In this document: positions 34,950 to 44,043 of the stretch, in pieces
How the letters are laid out: each line of letters opens with the position of its first letter
Numbering within the stretch: the stretch's first letter is position 1
From: Gammaproteobacteria bacterium
GTDB lineage: Bacteria > Pseudomonadota > Gammaproteobacteria > Ga0077536
Reading direction: 5' to 3'
DNA length: 64,000 nt
NCBI GenBank assembly: GCA_963662545.2
Contig: CAXXLL010000003.1
Coordinates: forward strand, 1,664,001 to 1,728,000
Program-made: the position numbers and the translations under genes
Notes under the pieces: generated by a model
What the model was told of the DNA's origin: nothing
Seen by the model: only the letters and a program-made list of their open reading frames with translations
Database searches by the model: none

Positions 34950-35070
34950 ATACTGCGCCCTTTTGCGGTTTCGGCCGGACTGCCCGTAGCATTTTTCATC
35001 CGCGCGCGGCCGGCTTTAGGGCCCGCATCCCGGTGCGGCGCAGAGCATACAGGAGGGCCCTGAGCCGCGC

Positions 35071-35101
35071 AAAAAAAAGCCGGCACCGCGGCGGTACCGG
35101 C
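35071..35101 (-). terminator. Intrinsic terminator downstream of the comEA-like gene
   Basis: Minus strand GCCGGTACCG-CCG-CGGTGCCGGC followed by T8. Confidence 0.8.
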
Positions 35102-35138
35102 GGGGCTTATCAGCCCGAGGAGGGTATGGCGAAAAGAC

Positions 35139-35414
35139 TCAGGGTGTGGCGGCGGTCAGCCGATCGCGATTCTTCTTGAGGGTGGATTCGCCGATGCCTT
35201 TAATGAGAAGAAGGTCATCGACGGATTTGAACGGACCGTGCTTTTCGCGAAACGCGACGATCGCCGCGGCCTTTGCCGGCCCGATACCGGTGACCTGCGC
35301 TGACAGGGTCTCGGCGTCGGCCGAATTAATATCGATGGCCTCTGCCGCCCAGCTGAATACGCTTGCGAGCAGCAACGATGTAGCGATGAGGTTTTTGATC
35401 GTGGACATGTCCAT
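35139..35414 (-). CDS. comEA: ComEA-family helix-hairpin-helix DNA-binding protein
   Basis: Signal peptide, IDINSA, GIGPAKA, GPFKSVDDL, KGIG. Confidence 0.88.
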   Translation of the reverse strand: MDMSTIKNLIATSLLLASVFSWAAEAIDINSADAETLSAQVTGIGPAKAAAIVAFREKHGPFKSVDDLLLIKGIGESTLKKNRDRLTAATP

Positions 35415-35729
35415 GTCTCCTTAGAAGGTTTCCTTGAGCGCCCCCGCGGCGCGACCGCAGGAACAGCCTGCGACGGCGCCTACGTTCGAGAGGAAAGGCA
35501 GGGTAGCGAATGCTGGCCGGCACCACGAACGCGAGTTGCGGCGGCGCGGCGGCTTGTGAAGGGAATAATTCCCGAATGGTATAGACTTTTATCGCCTAAA
35601 GGGCGGGAAGCATGGATGCCGCGCTGCAACGGTTTCGGCCATTCTCTTCGACGGCGTTTGGGGGGGCGTGAATGCCGGTCTTCCGGCCGGCGAGATCGCT
35701 CCGGGCCTTCCGCTGACGGCGGTTCGCCT

Positions 35730-36578
35730 CTACTTGATGGCCGCGATGTAGCAAATCCAGCCGGCATCGGCGTCTGCCGTCTCGACTGGTTCGAATTCGT
35801 CGTTTCCCTCTTCTTCGTCGTCGTCCCAGCCCTGCCAGTACACAACGTTCCGGCTGAAGCCAGCCTCCAAAATAATCTCGCGAATTTCGGGCAGGGTCCA
35901 CAGCCGCCAATCATACGAAAACGCATTTTTCATCCGCGAACCATCCTTGAAACGGAAATGAATATGGGTGATCGTGTGACCGTTGACGGGATTGTAAGAC
36001 GCCTGATCCCAAACGTAGGTAAATTCCTCGTGCTTCGTGTGTTCGTTGAGCTCCCTGAAGGCGTCGTAGCCGCCGTAGCAATCGAGAAAAAACACCCCGT
36101 CGTCGATCAGCGCGCCCAGGGCCCGCCGGAAGTAACTGCGCAGCTGAGCGCGTTCCTTGAAGCTGAAGTAGCTGAAGTTCATGGCCAGCACGATGTCCTG
36201 CGGCGCGGTTTCGACCCGCATGACATCGCCCTCTATCAGGGTGATGCGCTCACGGGCGGCTGGGGTCAAGCTTGCGACACGATTTTCTTTGCCCCACTGG
36301 AGCACCTCCGGATCGAGGTCCACGCCCGCCGCGCTGTTATCCGCACGGCGCCGCACCCACTCACAAGAAGTGCTGGCTGTGCCGCAAAAATCCTCCCGCA
36401 GAGTGCGCGCGCGGCGGCCGCGAAGATTCTGGAATTCCTGGTCGACGAAATCGATTTCGGCCTCGACGCACTGGACCGCGGCTTCGTATAGAACGTGGCG
36501 GTCAGCGGTTTCAGCCATTGATGGCCCATTCGTTTTTATGCGGGCGTGTTTTTTTCGCTTCTTGGGGCGCTTGGCCAT
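35730..36578 (-). CDS. Class I SAM-dependent methyltransferase
   Basis: LREDFCGTA motif I, GVDLD, GVFFLD. Confidence 0.82.
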   Translation of the reverse strand: MAKRPKKRKKHARIKTNGPSMAETADRHVLYEAAVQCVEAEIDFVDQEFQNLRGRRARTLREDFCGTASTSCEWVRRRADNSAAGVDLDPEVLQWGKENRVASLTPAARERITLIEGDVMRVETAPQDIVLAMNFSYFSFKERAQLRSYFRRALGALIDDGVFFLDCYGGYDAFRELNEHTKHEEFTYVWDQASYNPVNGHTITHIHFRFKDGSRMKNAFSYDWRLWTLPEIREIILEAGFSRNVVYWQGWDDDEEEGNDEFEPVETADADAGWICYIAAIK

Positions 36579-36751
36579 CCTGCTGTTTCGGACCCGTTAT
36601 ACTTTGGAAAAACGCCTTGATCGTGATTGGCGGTCGGTGAGCGGCGCGCAATCTTAAACGCAGCCTGATGAAATTGCACCCGCACTGTTTTTCTTGAACC
36701 GTACCTTACCAAGGCGTGCCAGCGCACCGACGATCCAGACTGCCCGAGTTT

Positions 36752-37465
36752 ATGGACGCAAAAACGATTCAAATTGGAGACCCGGAGCTTTACATCAACC
36801 GGAAATTGAGCCAACTCCAATTCAACCGACGCGTGCTCGCCCAGGCGATGGACGAATCGAATCCCTTGTTAGAACGGGTGAAGTTCCTGTGCATCGCGAG
36901 CAGCAATCTGGACGAGTTCTTCGAAATCCGTGTGGCCGGACTCAAACAGCAGGTCGCGTTCGGCTCCTTACAGAGCGGCCCTGACCAGATAGTCCCGGTG
37001 GAGCAGCTCAAGGCCATCAGCGCCGGCACGCACGAATTGGTCGACGAACAATACCGTATCCTCAATGAAGAACTCCTGCCGCAGCTCTCGAAAGAGGACA
37101 TTCATTTCCTCAAACGCGGGGAATGGAATGTGCGGCAGGCGGCATGGGTGCGGCGGTTTTTCAATCGTGAATTGCTGCCCGTCTTGAGTCCCATCGGGCT
37201 TGATCCTTCACACCCGTTTCCGCGAATTCTCAACAAGAGCCTCAACTTTCTCGTGTCGTTAGAAGGCACCGACGCCTTCGGACGAGACAGCGTGATCGCC
37301 ATCGTACAGGCGCCGCGATCGCTGCCACGCATCATCAATGTGCCCGACGGTTACGGTAGTGGGCCCTATGAGTTCGTCTTCCTGTCATCGATCATCCACG
37401 CGCACGTCAATGATATTTTCCCAGGCATGGAGGTCACCGGCTGCTATCAGTTCCGGGTGACCTGA
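36752..37465 (+). pseudogene. ppk1: Polyphosphate kinase 1, N-terminal third only
   Basis: YINRKLSQLQFNRRVL, PLLER, SNLDEFFEIRV, HPFP, CYQFRVT then stop; catalytic C-terminal domains absent. Confidence 0.9.
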
Positions 37466-37631
37466 AGGCGGCGAACTCGAGATCTGGTACGGGGGTACGC
37501 CCAAAATAGTCCCCAGGTTGCAGGGCATGCTCACTGCGTTCCCGAGCTACACGATGCACCGCGTCACGCCCGTTACCCGGGGTGTACGGAAGGCGCTCGT
37601 GGCCTGGGTCAACGGCCCGGATTTTCGCTAG
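37464..37631 (+). pseudogene. C-terminal fragment of a 2OG-Fe(II) oxygenase (prolyl-hydroxylase-like); not in the ORF track
   Basis: Manual translation EGGELEIWYGGTPKIVPRLQGMLTAFPSYTMHRVTPVTRGVRKALVAWVNGPDFR*: distal His and 2OG-binding Arg present, HxD half missing. Confidence 0.85.
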
Positions 37632-37737
37632 CGTGAATTTCTGTTACGTGCCCTATCGTTCGGCCGTGGCTTAAGCTACATTCGCACCGGGCGCTTGCCG
37701 AAATCACATTCGCCCCTTGTTGCAATGAAAGTTCCCT

Positions 37738-40731
37738 ATGCTGGCCGCCGCCGTTGGCGTCCTCTGGACACGGAGCCCGGACGAGCTGACGAAGGCGCCC
37801 GCAAAAGTGGTGGACGCGGGAACGCGGGCGTTCCAGAAAAGCCTCAAGGATACCTACGACTCCGAAGAGCTCCTGTTCAACCTGCTGCCGCGGCTGCAGA
37901 AGCTGGCCGACGGCACGGCCAACCTCGCGATCCCCGATTACAAGAACGGCAAGCTGTTCGCGGCGCAGGTCACCGTGCGCGATCTCGCGAACAGCTCGGC
38001 CGCAGTGGACGCGATTGACTCTGTCGGTGTCCGCTCGGCGGCGTGGTCCGCGGTGGAGCGGGACGAGACGCTGGCACGAGAGCGCCTGGCAATCTGGCAA
38101 CCCTACCTGAACCAGGTGCGCTACTTCGAGCACGCGAAGTTCTACTTCATAGACGCCCGCTTCGCGGATGAGACACGCACGCGCTGGAACGCAGAGTTGG
38201 GCTTTTCAGGTCTCGCCCGCATGCGGAGCGGCGCCTCGCAGTCGATCAAAGCGGTGATCGAGACGGAATGGGAGCGTGCGGCCGTGATCGAAGACGACCC
38301 TTACGGCGGCTGGCAGATCGACCGCTGGATTACCGGCAGCTTCACCACGATCGAGGCCCGGGAGCCCGTTTTCACCGAGGTGCTCGATGTCGCCATCCCG
38401 GATCCGGATACCCGGGCAAGCCTGCGCGACTCTCAACACGAGCGCATGGTGCTCCGCTACATCGCGGATGAATCCTACGCGCCCAATAAGCTGTTTCGCC
38501 CGCCCGCCTGGGACCGGCATCCCGGGCTCGCAGTCGTCGACATCGACCGCGACGGTTTTGACGACGTCTACACGATGGCCCGCCGGGGCAAGAACAAGTT
38601 CCTGCGCAACCGCGGCGACGGCACGTTCGAGGAGATCGCAGCCGAGCTCGGGCTGGACATCGCCGATTACACATCGAGCGCCTTGTTTGCCGATTTTGAC
38701 AACGACGGCGACGCCGACGTGTTCATCGGACGCACTCTGCAGCCGTCCCAATACCTCATGAACGAGGGCGGACGCTTCGTGGCGCGCTCCGATACCCACG
38801 TCGACGGACGCATGCCACATTTCGTGTCATCGATTTCCGCGGTCGATTACGACGGTGACGGTCTGCTCGATATCTACCTCGCCACTTACGCGTCGCAGAG
38901 CCTGGGCAAAATCAAGAACAACCTGAGCCGCTTCATGCACCGCGAGGACGTCCTACGCCACGATGAACTGCGCATGGCCGACGACTTCGAGAGCTTCGTC
39001 CATGCCTCCGGCCCCCCGAACGTACTACTCAGAAACGTCGGGGACGGGCGCTTCGTCGAGGTGATGGACACGCCGCTCAGAGTATTCAAAAACTCCTACC
39101 AGTGCACATGGGCGGACTACGACGACGACGGCGACATGGACGTCTACTGTGCGAACGATTTCGCGCCGGACAATCTGCTCCGGAACGAAGGCGGCGGCCG
39201 TTTCGTCGATGTCACCAACATGGCCGGTTTCGACGTGGTGGGCCTCGCCATGGGCGCCTCCTGGGGAGATTACGACCGCGACGGCCGGCTCGACTTGTAC
39301 GTCACCAACATGTACAGCAAGGCCGGCTCGCGCATCGCGCGCAAGATCGAAGGCCTTGACCCGCGGTACGCGCAGACGGCGCTGGGGAACTTCCTGTATC
39401 GCAACGAAGGGGACAAGTTTCGCCGGGTGTCGGGCAGTGCCCCCCAGGCTATGCAGGTCGAGCGTGCAGGCTGGTCCTGGGGTAGCCAGTTCATCGATGT
39501 CGACAACGACGGGGACCTCGACATCTATGCGCTGAACGGCTTTTACTCGGCGCCGAAAGACGTTGCCCGTCCGGGTGATACCTGAAGCCGCTTCTGGCGC
39601 TCGGTGGTCCACCGGGTATCGAAGGTCAAGCAGAACCTGAATTACAACCGCTCGGGGCGGTTCGGCTACACCGACCACGCGTCGTGGCGGTATTCGTTGT
39701 CCGGCCGTGAGCGCAGCCACCTGTTCGTGAACGAAGACGGCCGGCGGTTCATCGATGTCTCGGGCATCTCAGGCGCGGACCACCCGGGCGACGGGCGCGC
39801 GTTCGCGAAGATCGATTTCGATCGCGACGGCTGGACGGACCTCGCGGTGATGAACGCGAATGCCCCGGCATTCACTTTGTACCGGAACGAAATCGGGCGA
39901 CGCAGCATCGGAACGGGTGCGGACAATGAAGTGATAGCGGTACGGCTGGCCGGGGGCAACCGCAGCGCGCATCCCGCCACGGACGCGAGTAACCGGGACG
40001 GCATCGGAGCGCGCTTCTGGGTGTCTTTCGAGAACGAGACGATCGTCAGGGAGTACCGTGCCGGCGAGGGCATGGCAGCCCAGAACAGCGCGACCCAGCT
40101 GATCGGCATCGGCCCGCGGCAGACTGTCCAAAGCCTCAAGGTCCGCTGGCCGTCGGGTACCGAGCAGACTGTCGCGGCCGTACCGGCGGGCACGCTGGTC
40201 ACCGTCTACGAGGACCCGGCGCACTCGCCCACGGGTGAAGCGTTCGTGTTCGAAACGTATCGCCGCTCGTCGCCGACGGACAACAAGCCGGTATCACCCC
40301 GGAATGAACTCGCATCGCTGCCGCGCTTCGCGCTACCTTCGGCCGCGTCACACGGGCCGAAGGGCCGCTTGCGACTCTATACCGCGACGGCGACATGGTG
40401 CCCGAACTGCAAGCGGGAACTGCCGCAGCTCGAGCGCCTGCGCGCGACGTTCACGGACGGCGAGCTCGCCATGTTCGGTGTACCCGTCGACGATACCGAA
40501 ACCAGGGAGATGTTCGAGGCCTATGTCGCCGAGCATCGGCCCGCCTACGACATGCTGATCGGGATCGCCCCGGAAGAACAGGCCACGATGCGCCAGACGC
40601 TGACCTCGCGACTCAAGTCCGAAGGGATACCCGCCACGCTGGTGACGGATGCCGAGGATCGCATCCTGCACGTTAGCTGGGGCGTGCCGAGCCTGTCGAC
40701 ACTGCACAAGCTGCTGGCTTTGAGCCGCTAG
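37738..40731 (+). CDS. CRTAC1-like FG-GAP repeat + ASPIC/UnbV + thioredoxin-like (WCPNC) protein with in-frame TGA at 39583-39585; candidate selenoprotein, ~997 aa
   Basis: ORFs 37738-39585 and 39604-40731 share one frame; DxDxDG repeats on both sides of the TGA; NRDGIGAR/VRWPSG ASPIC motifs; ATWCPNCKRELP. Confidence 0.75.
39591..39624 (+). promoter_or_regulatory. Putative bacterial SECIS hairpin
   Basis: CTTC-T-GG-C-GCTCGGTG-[GTC]-CACCGGGT-A-TC-GAAG; apical loop GU begins 22 nt after the TGA. Confidence 0.6.
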
Positions 40732-41000
40732 ACCGGATCCCCCGTCGTCGCGCGCCGACGAAGCGCGACAGGAGAGGGCGACGCCGCGGCCGGGTCATTG
40801 CGCAAGTTTCAGCATGGGCATTGACCCTTGCCCGCTTGCGGCGGCTTTCACATGGCGGCGCGTTTTTGCACTAATTTTCATTGTCAGTCGCGCGGTTCCC
40901 TTACAATGTTGCGCCGCTGTGCGGCGCTTGCCAGGGCACCGATCGCGGTCATCGAGCGGGCCGGTACCAGGCAGCGCGCGCGAAGTGAGGTCGAAACACC

Positions 41001-42221
41001 ATGATTCGAATCGTAAGTTCATGCGCCCGGCCGCGCCGTCTCGACCACGCGACCGTGCGGGACATCGAGGACGAGGGCTCCCTGCTGACAGTGGCGGGTG
41101 GCGACCCGGTGTCCCTCAACGCGACAGCACGCCGCATCCTCGAACTGTGCGACGGCGCGCGCAGCGTAGCCGCGATCAGCGAGGCGCTCGCGGCAAATTT
41201 CGGCAGCTCGCGTGACGCGGTGCTGTCCGACGTGCGTGAGTCCGTGCGGCATCTCGCCGATATTCCCGCGCTGGAACTCAACGATGACACGTCGTGCGAG
41301 GCAGGGCCCGCCGATATCGACTGGTCGCGGATAGCCGCGCCGCAGCCCGATCAGTACGACACCGAGGTGGTGCTTGACCTGATGGCGGACAAACTGCGGG
41401 GACGCTGGCTCTATTGTGGCGATTCCGGTGAGGACTGGTGGCAGCCCGATGGCCGCATTAAGCTCGGCGACGGCCGCGTCGACGTCGGTTACTGTTATAA
41501 CGGACCGTGCGAGGACTCTTTGCTGCGGCTCCTGACGAACGCGCCGCTCGATCACCCGAATATCGCGGCCGCCGAGGAATTCCTGCACGCCTGGCCGGTC
41601 GCGGCCGAGCAGTTCGGCCGTTTGATGCGCTGCCTGCATCCGGTGATCGACCCGCACCGCCCCAGCGATGAGCGCGCCTTCCTGGTCGGCAGCAACTCGC
41701 ATTCCGTGAATCACCGGGCGATGTTCGGCACGTTGTATTCGACCATTAACTGCCCGCTGGAGCTCGCGAACAATTGCATTCACGAAATGGCCCATCAGAA
41801 GCTCTTCGCGCTGGGCATCTACAAGGAGTCGAGTACGGCGCTCATTACCAATGACCCGCAGGAAATGTACGCGAGTCCGGTGATCGTCGATCGACCGCGA
41901 CCGATGACGGCGGTGATCCACGGTGTTTACGTGTTCTGCTACGTCGCGCAACTCGAATTGCACGTACTGGACACGAACCTGCTTAACGGCGAGCGACGCG
42001 ACATGCTGCGCAAGCGGCTGTCGAAGGACCTGGGGCGTCTGCATACCGGGGTGCGGGAAATCGTCGATAACGTGCGCAGCGACGCCTGTGGCACGGCGTT
42101 TCTCGGCGGCTTGTACCGTTGGATAGACCAGCTGCTGAAGGACGGTCGTGCCCGCCTCGGAATGCAGTCGTTTCCCGCACCTAAGATCCGGCACCCGGCC
42201 GTGGCGGGGCAGGGCGCTTGA
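41001..42221 (+). CDS. PqqD/RRE domain fused to a HExxH-motif domain (aKG-HExxH peptide beta-hydroxylase-like)
   Basis: N-terminal LNATARRILELCDGARSVAAISEALAANF (PqqD-like); C-terminal CIHEMAHQKL and SP...PRPMTAVIHGVY. Confidence 0.8.
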   Translation: MIRIVSSCARPRRLDHATVRDIEDEGSLLTVAGGDPVSLNATARRILELCDGARSVAAISEALAANFGSSRDAVLSDVRESVRHLADIPALELNDDTSCEAGPADIDWSRIAAPQPDQYDTEVVLDLMADKLRGRWLYCGDSGEDWWQPDGRIKLGDGRVDVGYCYNGPCEDSLLRLLTNAPLDHPNIAAAEEFLHAWPVAAEQFGRLMRCLHPVIDPHRPSDERAFLVGSNSHSVNHRAMFGTLYSTINCPLELANNCIHEMAHQKLFALGIYKESSTALITNDPQEMYASPVIVDRPRPMTAVIHGVYVFCYVAQLELHVLDTNLLNGERRDMLRKRLSKDLGRLHTGVREIVDNVRSDACGTAFLGGLYRWIDQLLKDGRARLGMQSFPAPKIRHPAVAGQGA

Positions 42222-42838
42222 ACGTGGTAAAGCCTTCGTCGGAAACGGGCGTCCTCGGACCGTTTCACGTCAGGGAGGCGGCCGCCAAGCCCTTCGCGTA
42301 TTTTGTCGTGGATGACGTCCTCGAGTGCGCGCACGCCGACTCGCTGCTCGCGTGGATCGAGTCATGCCGGTGGTGGGAACTGGTCCACACCCAATTCTAT
42401 GATCAGTACGAGTTCATGGTGTGCGAAGGGAAACGCCGCATGGACCTGCCGAAGGAGTGCAAGCCGCTGTTCACGCAAGCGGCGCTCGGCGAACTGGCCG
42501 CGCTCGTCGGCGAGCATCTCGGGCTAGAGCGCTGCCTGATCTTGAGAGTCGTAGCGCATATGCTCAAGCCCGGCCAGGGGATCGGCATACACAACGACGA
42601 CAAAGCAAACGGGCCGCCGACATTCCGTTTCGTTCTACAGCTCAACCGCAGCTACGACGATCGGGACGGCGGGCAGCTGGGCCTGTTCGACGGCCACGAC
42701 CTCGACCGCGTGATCCACATCGCCCGCCCGTTGCACAATACGGGCTGCGCATTCGCCATTGGGTCGGCCTCGCAACATGCAGTCAGCGAAGTCCGTCGCG
42801 GGAACCGTTATACGTTGGTCTATACCTTTACGGGTTGA
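42218..42838 (+). CDS. 2OG-Fe(II) oxygenase resembling the cyclophane-RiPP-associated YhhC family
   Basis: FYDQYEF, AHMLKPGQGIGIHND, LQLNR, HAVSEV, RYTLVYTF (HxD...H...R). Confidence 0.8.
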   Translation: MNVVKPSSETGVLGPFHVREAAAKPFAYFVVDDVLECAHADSLLAWIESCRWWELVHTQFYDQYEFMVCEGKRRMDLPKECKPLFTQAALGELAALVGEHLGLERCLILRVVAHMLKPGQGIGIHNDDKANGPPTFRFVLQLNRSYDDRDGGQLGLFDGHDLDRVIHIARPLHNTGCAFAIGSASQHAVSEVRRGNRYTLVYTFTG

Positions 42839-42850
42839 AGCATCGGCGAG

Positions 42851-43990
42851 ATGAAGCGCAGTCACATCCGACGCGATGAAATACCGCAGCGCCTCTCCAG
42901 CGTCACCGGCTACGAACTCGCCAGCGAATTACTGCTCTACTGCAGCGATTCGCAGCGGGTCCACGTATTAAACGCGTCGGCGGCCGCCGTGTGGGATCTC
43001 TGTGACGGACAGCGCACGGTGCTCGAGATCAACCGTGAGCTGGCATCGGTGCTCCGGCGTTCGAATGCAGACCTGTTTCCTGACATTCAACTCGCGGTCA
43101 ACGAGCTGTTAAAAATGGAGATGATCGATATAGCACCGCCGCCGGTCAGCGACGCCCGCGAAGTGCTGATGGCGATGCGGGCAGCGCCGGCGATGGCGAT
43201 GGCGATCGGATTCAACGGTACGGCAGTGACTATCCATACCGAAGTCGAGGGCGTCAGGGCGCACCTGTCCGGCCGGTTCGGAAGGCTGGTCGCATCGGGC
43301 GGCGAAGCGAACGTCGCCGACTTCTACGTGCAAGCTTCGGGGGATCGCTATCTGTTGTGCGGAGAGTCCGGCGAAACACGTTACCTGGGTGGCCTAGGCG
43401 ACGTCCTGCAGGAACTCGAAATGGTGCTGGTTCAAACGCTCGTGGACGCGAACCCGGATCTGTTATGGATGCACGCCGGCGCGGTTGCGGACGACGGCGG
43501 CGCGATCATGGTCGTCGGGCCGTCGGGGGCGGGCAAGAGCATGTTCATAACGGGACTGGCGCGTGAGTCGCGCGTCTATCTTTCCGATGACGTGCTGCCG
43601 GTACGCAAGGAAACCAGTGAAGCGCTGCCATTCCCACTGGCGCCGAGCGTGCGCCTCGCCGCCGGGCCCCGGCTGCCGGCGCACCGTATCCAGAACGTCG
43701 AACGGGAGTCCATCGCATTGAGTGACGACCAGATCGGGTGCGCGCCGTTTCGTCTCGCTGCCGTTTTGCTACCGATATTCGACGCTGGGAAATCGGCGCA
43801 GATCCGCGAACCCAGCCCATCGCAGGTCGCCCGCGTGCTGATTGAGAACAGTCTCAACATAGCGCAGCACCGGGAACGGGCCGTCGCCTATCTGTGCGAA
43901 CTCGCGAACACCGTTCCGGCGCTCGAGTTGCGCTACGGTGACCGCGCCGCAGCGCTCGAGCTCGCGGCGCGCGCACTTCCTTTGAGCTGA
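42851..43990 (+). CDS. PqqD/RRE domain fused to an HPr-kinase-like P-loop kinase
   Basis: HVLNASAAAVWDLCDGQRTV (PqqD-like); MHAGAV, GPSGAGKS, YLSDD. Confidence 0.82.
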   Translation: MKRSHIRRDEIPQRLSSVTGYELASELLLYCSDSQRVHVLNASAAAVWDLCDGQRTVLEINRELASVLRRSNADLFPDIQLAVNELLKMEMIDIAPPPVSDAREVLMAMRAAPAMAMAIGFNGTAVTIHTEVEGVRAHLSGRFGRLVASGGEANVADFYVQASGDRYLLCGESGETRYLGGLGDVLQELEMVLVQTLVDANPDLLWMHAGAVADDGGAIMVVGPSGAGKSMFITGLARESRVYLSDDVLPVRKETSEALPFPLAPSVRLAAGPRLPAHRIQNVERESIALSDDQIGCAPFRLAAVLLPIFDAGKSAQIREPSPSQVARVLIENSLNIAQHRERAVAYLCELANTVPALELRYGDRAAALELAARALPLS

Positions 43991-44043
43991 CGCGACCGAG
44001 GCACGCGGGCGAGCGGCTGGAATAAGCTTAATCGATCGAGGAG

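Noticed and set aside
37463-37465. TGA ending the ppk1 fragment as a Sec/readthrough codon
   Set aside because: The downstream sequence is not ppk1; it encodes an oxygenase tail in another frame.
39583-39585. Genome-wide UGA reassignment (code 4 or 25) as the explanation for the in-frame TGA
   Set aside because: Many core genes here (kdsC, queE, aspS, hemF, purD) end correctly at TGA, and Trp uses TGG.
40845-40910. Sigma-54 or sigma-70 promoter upstream of the RRE-HExxH gene
   Set aside because: The GG-GC spacing is not 10 nt, and TTGTCA-TACAAT are only 15 nt apart; too weak to call.
40732-41000. Short ORFs (40795-41022 minus, 40814-41215 plus) as the RiPP precursor
   Set aside because: No clear RBS or leader/core pattern; the Arg/Ala/Pro-rich composition is typical of GC-rich shadow ORFs.
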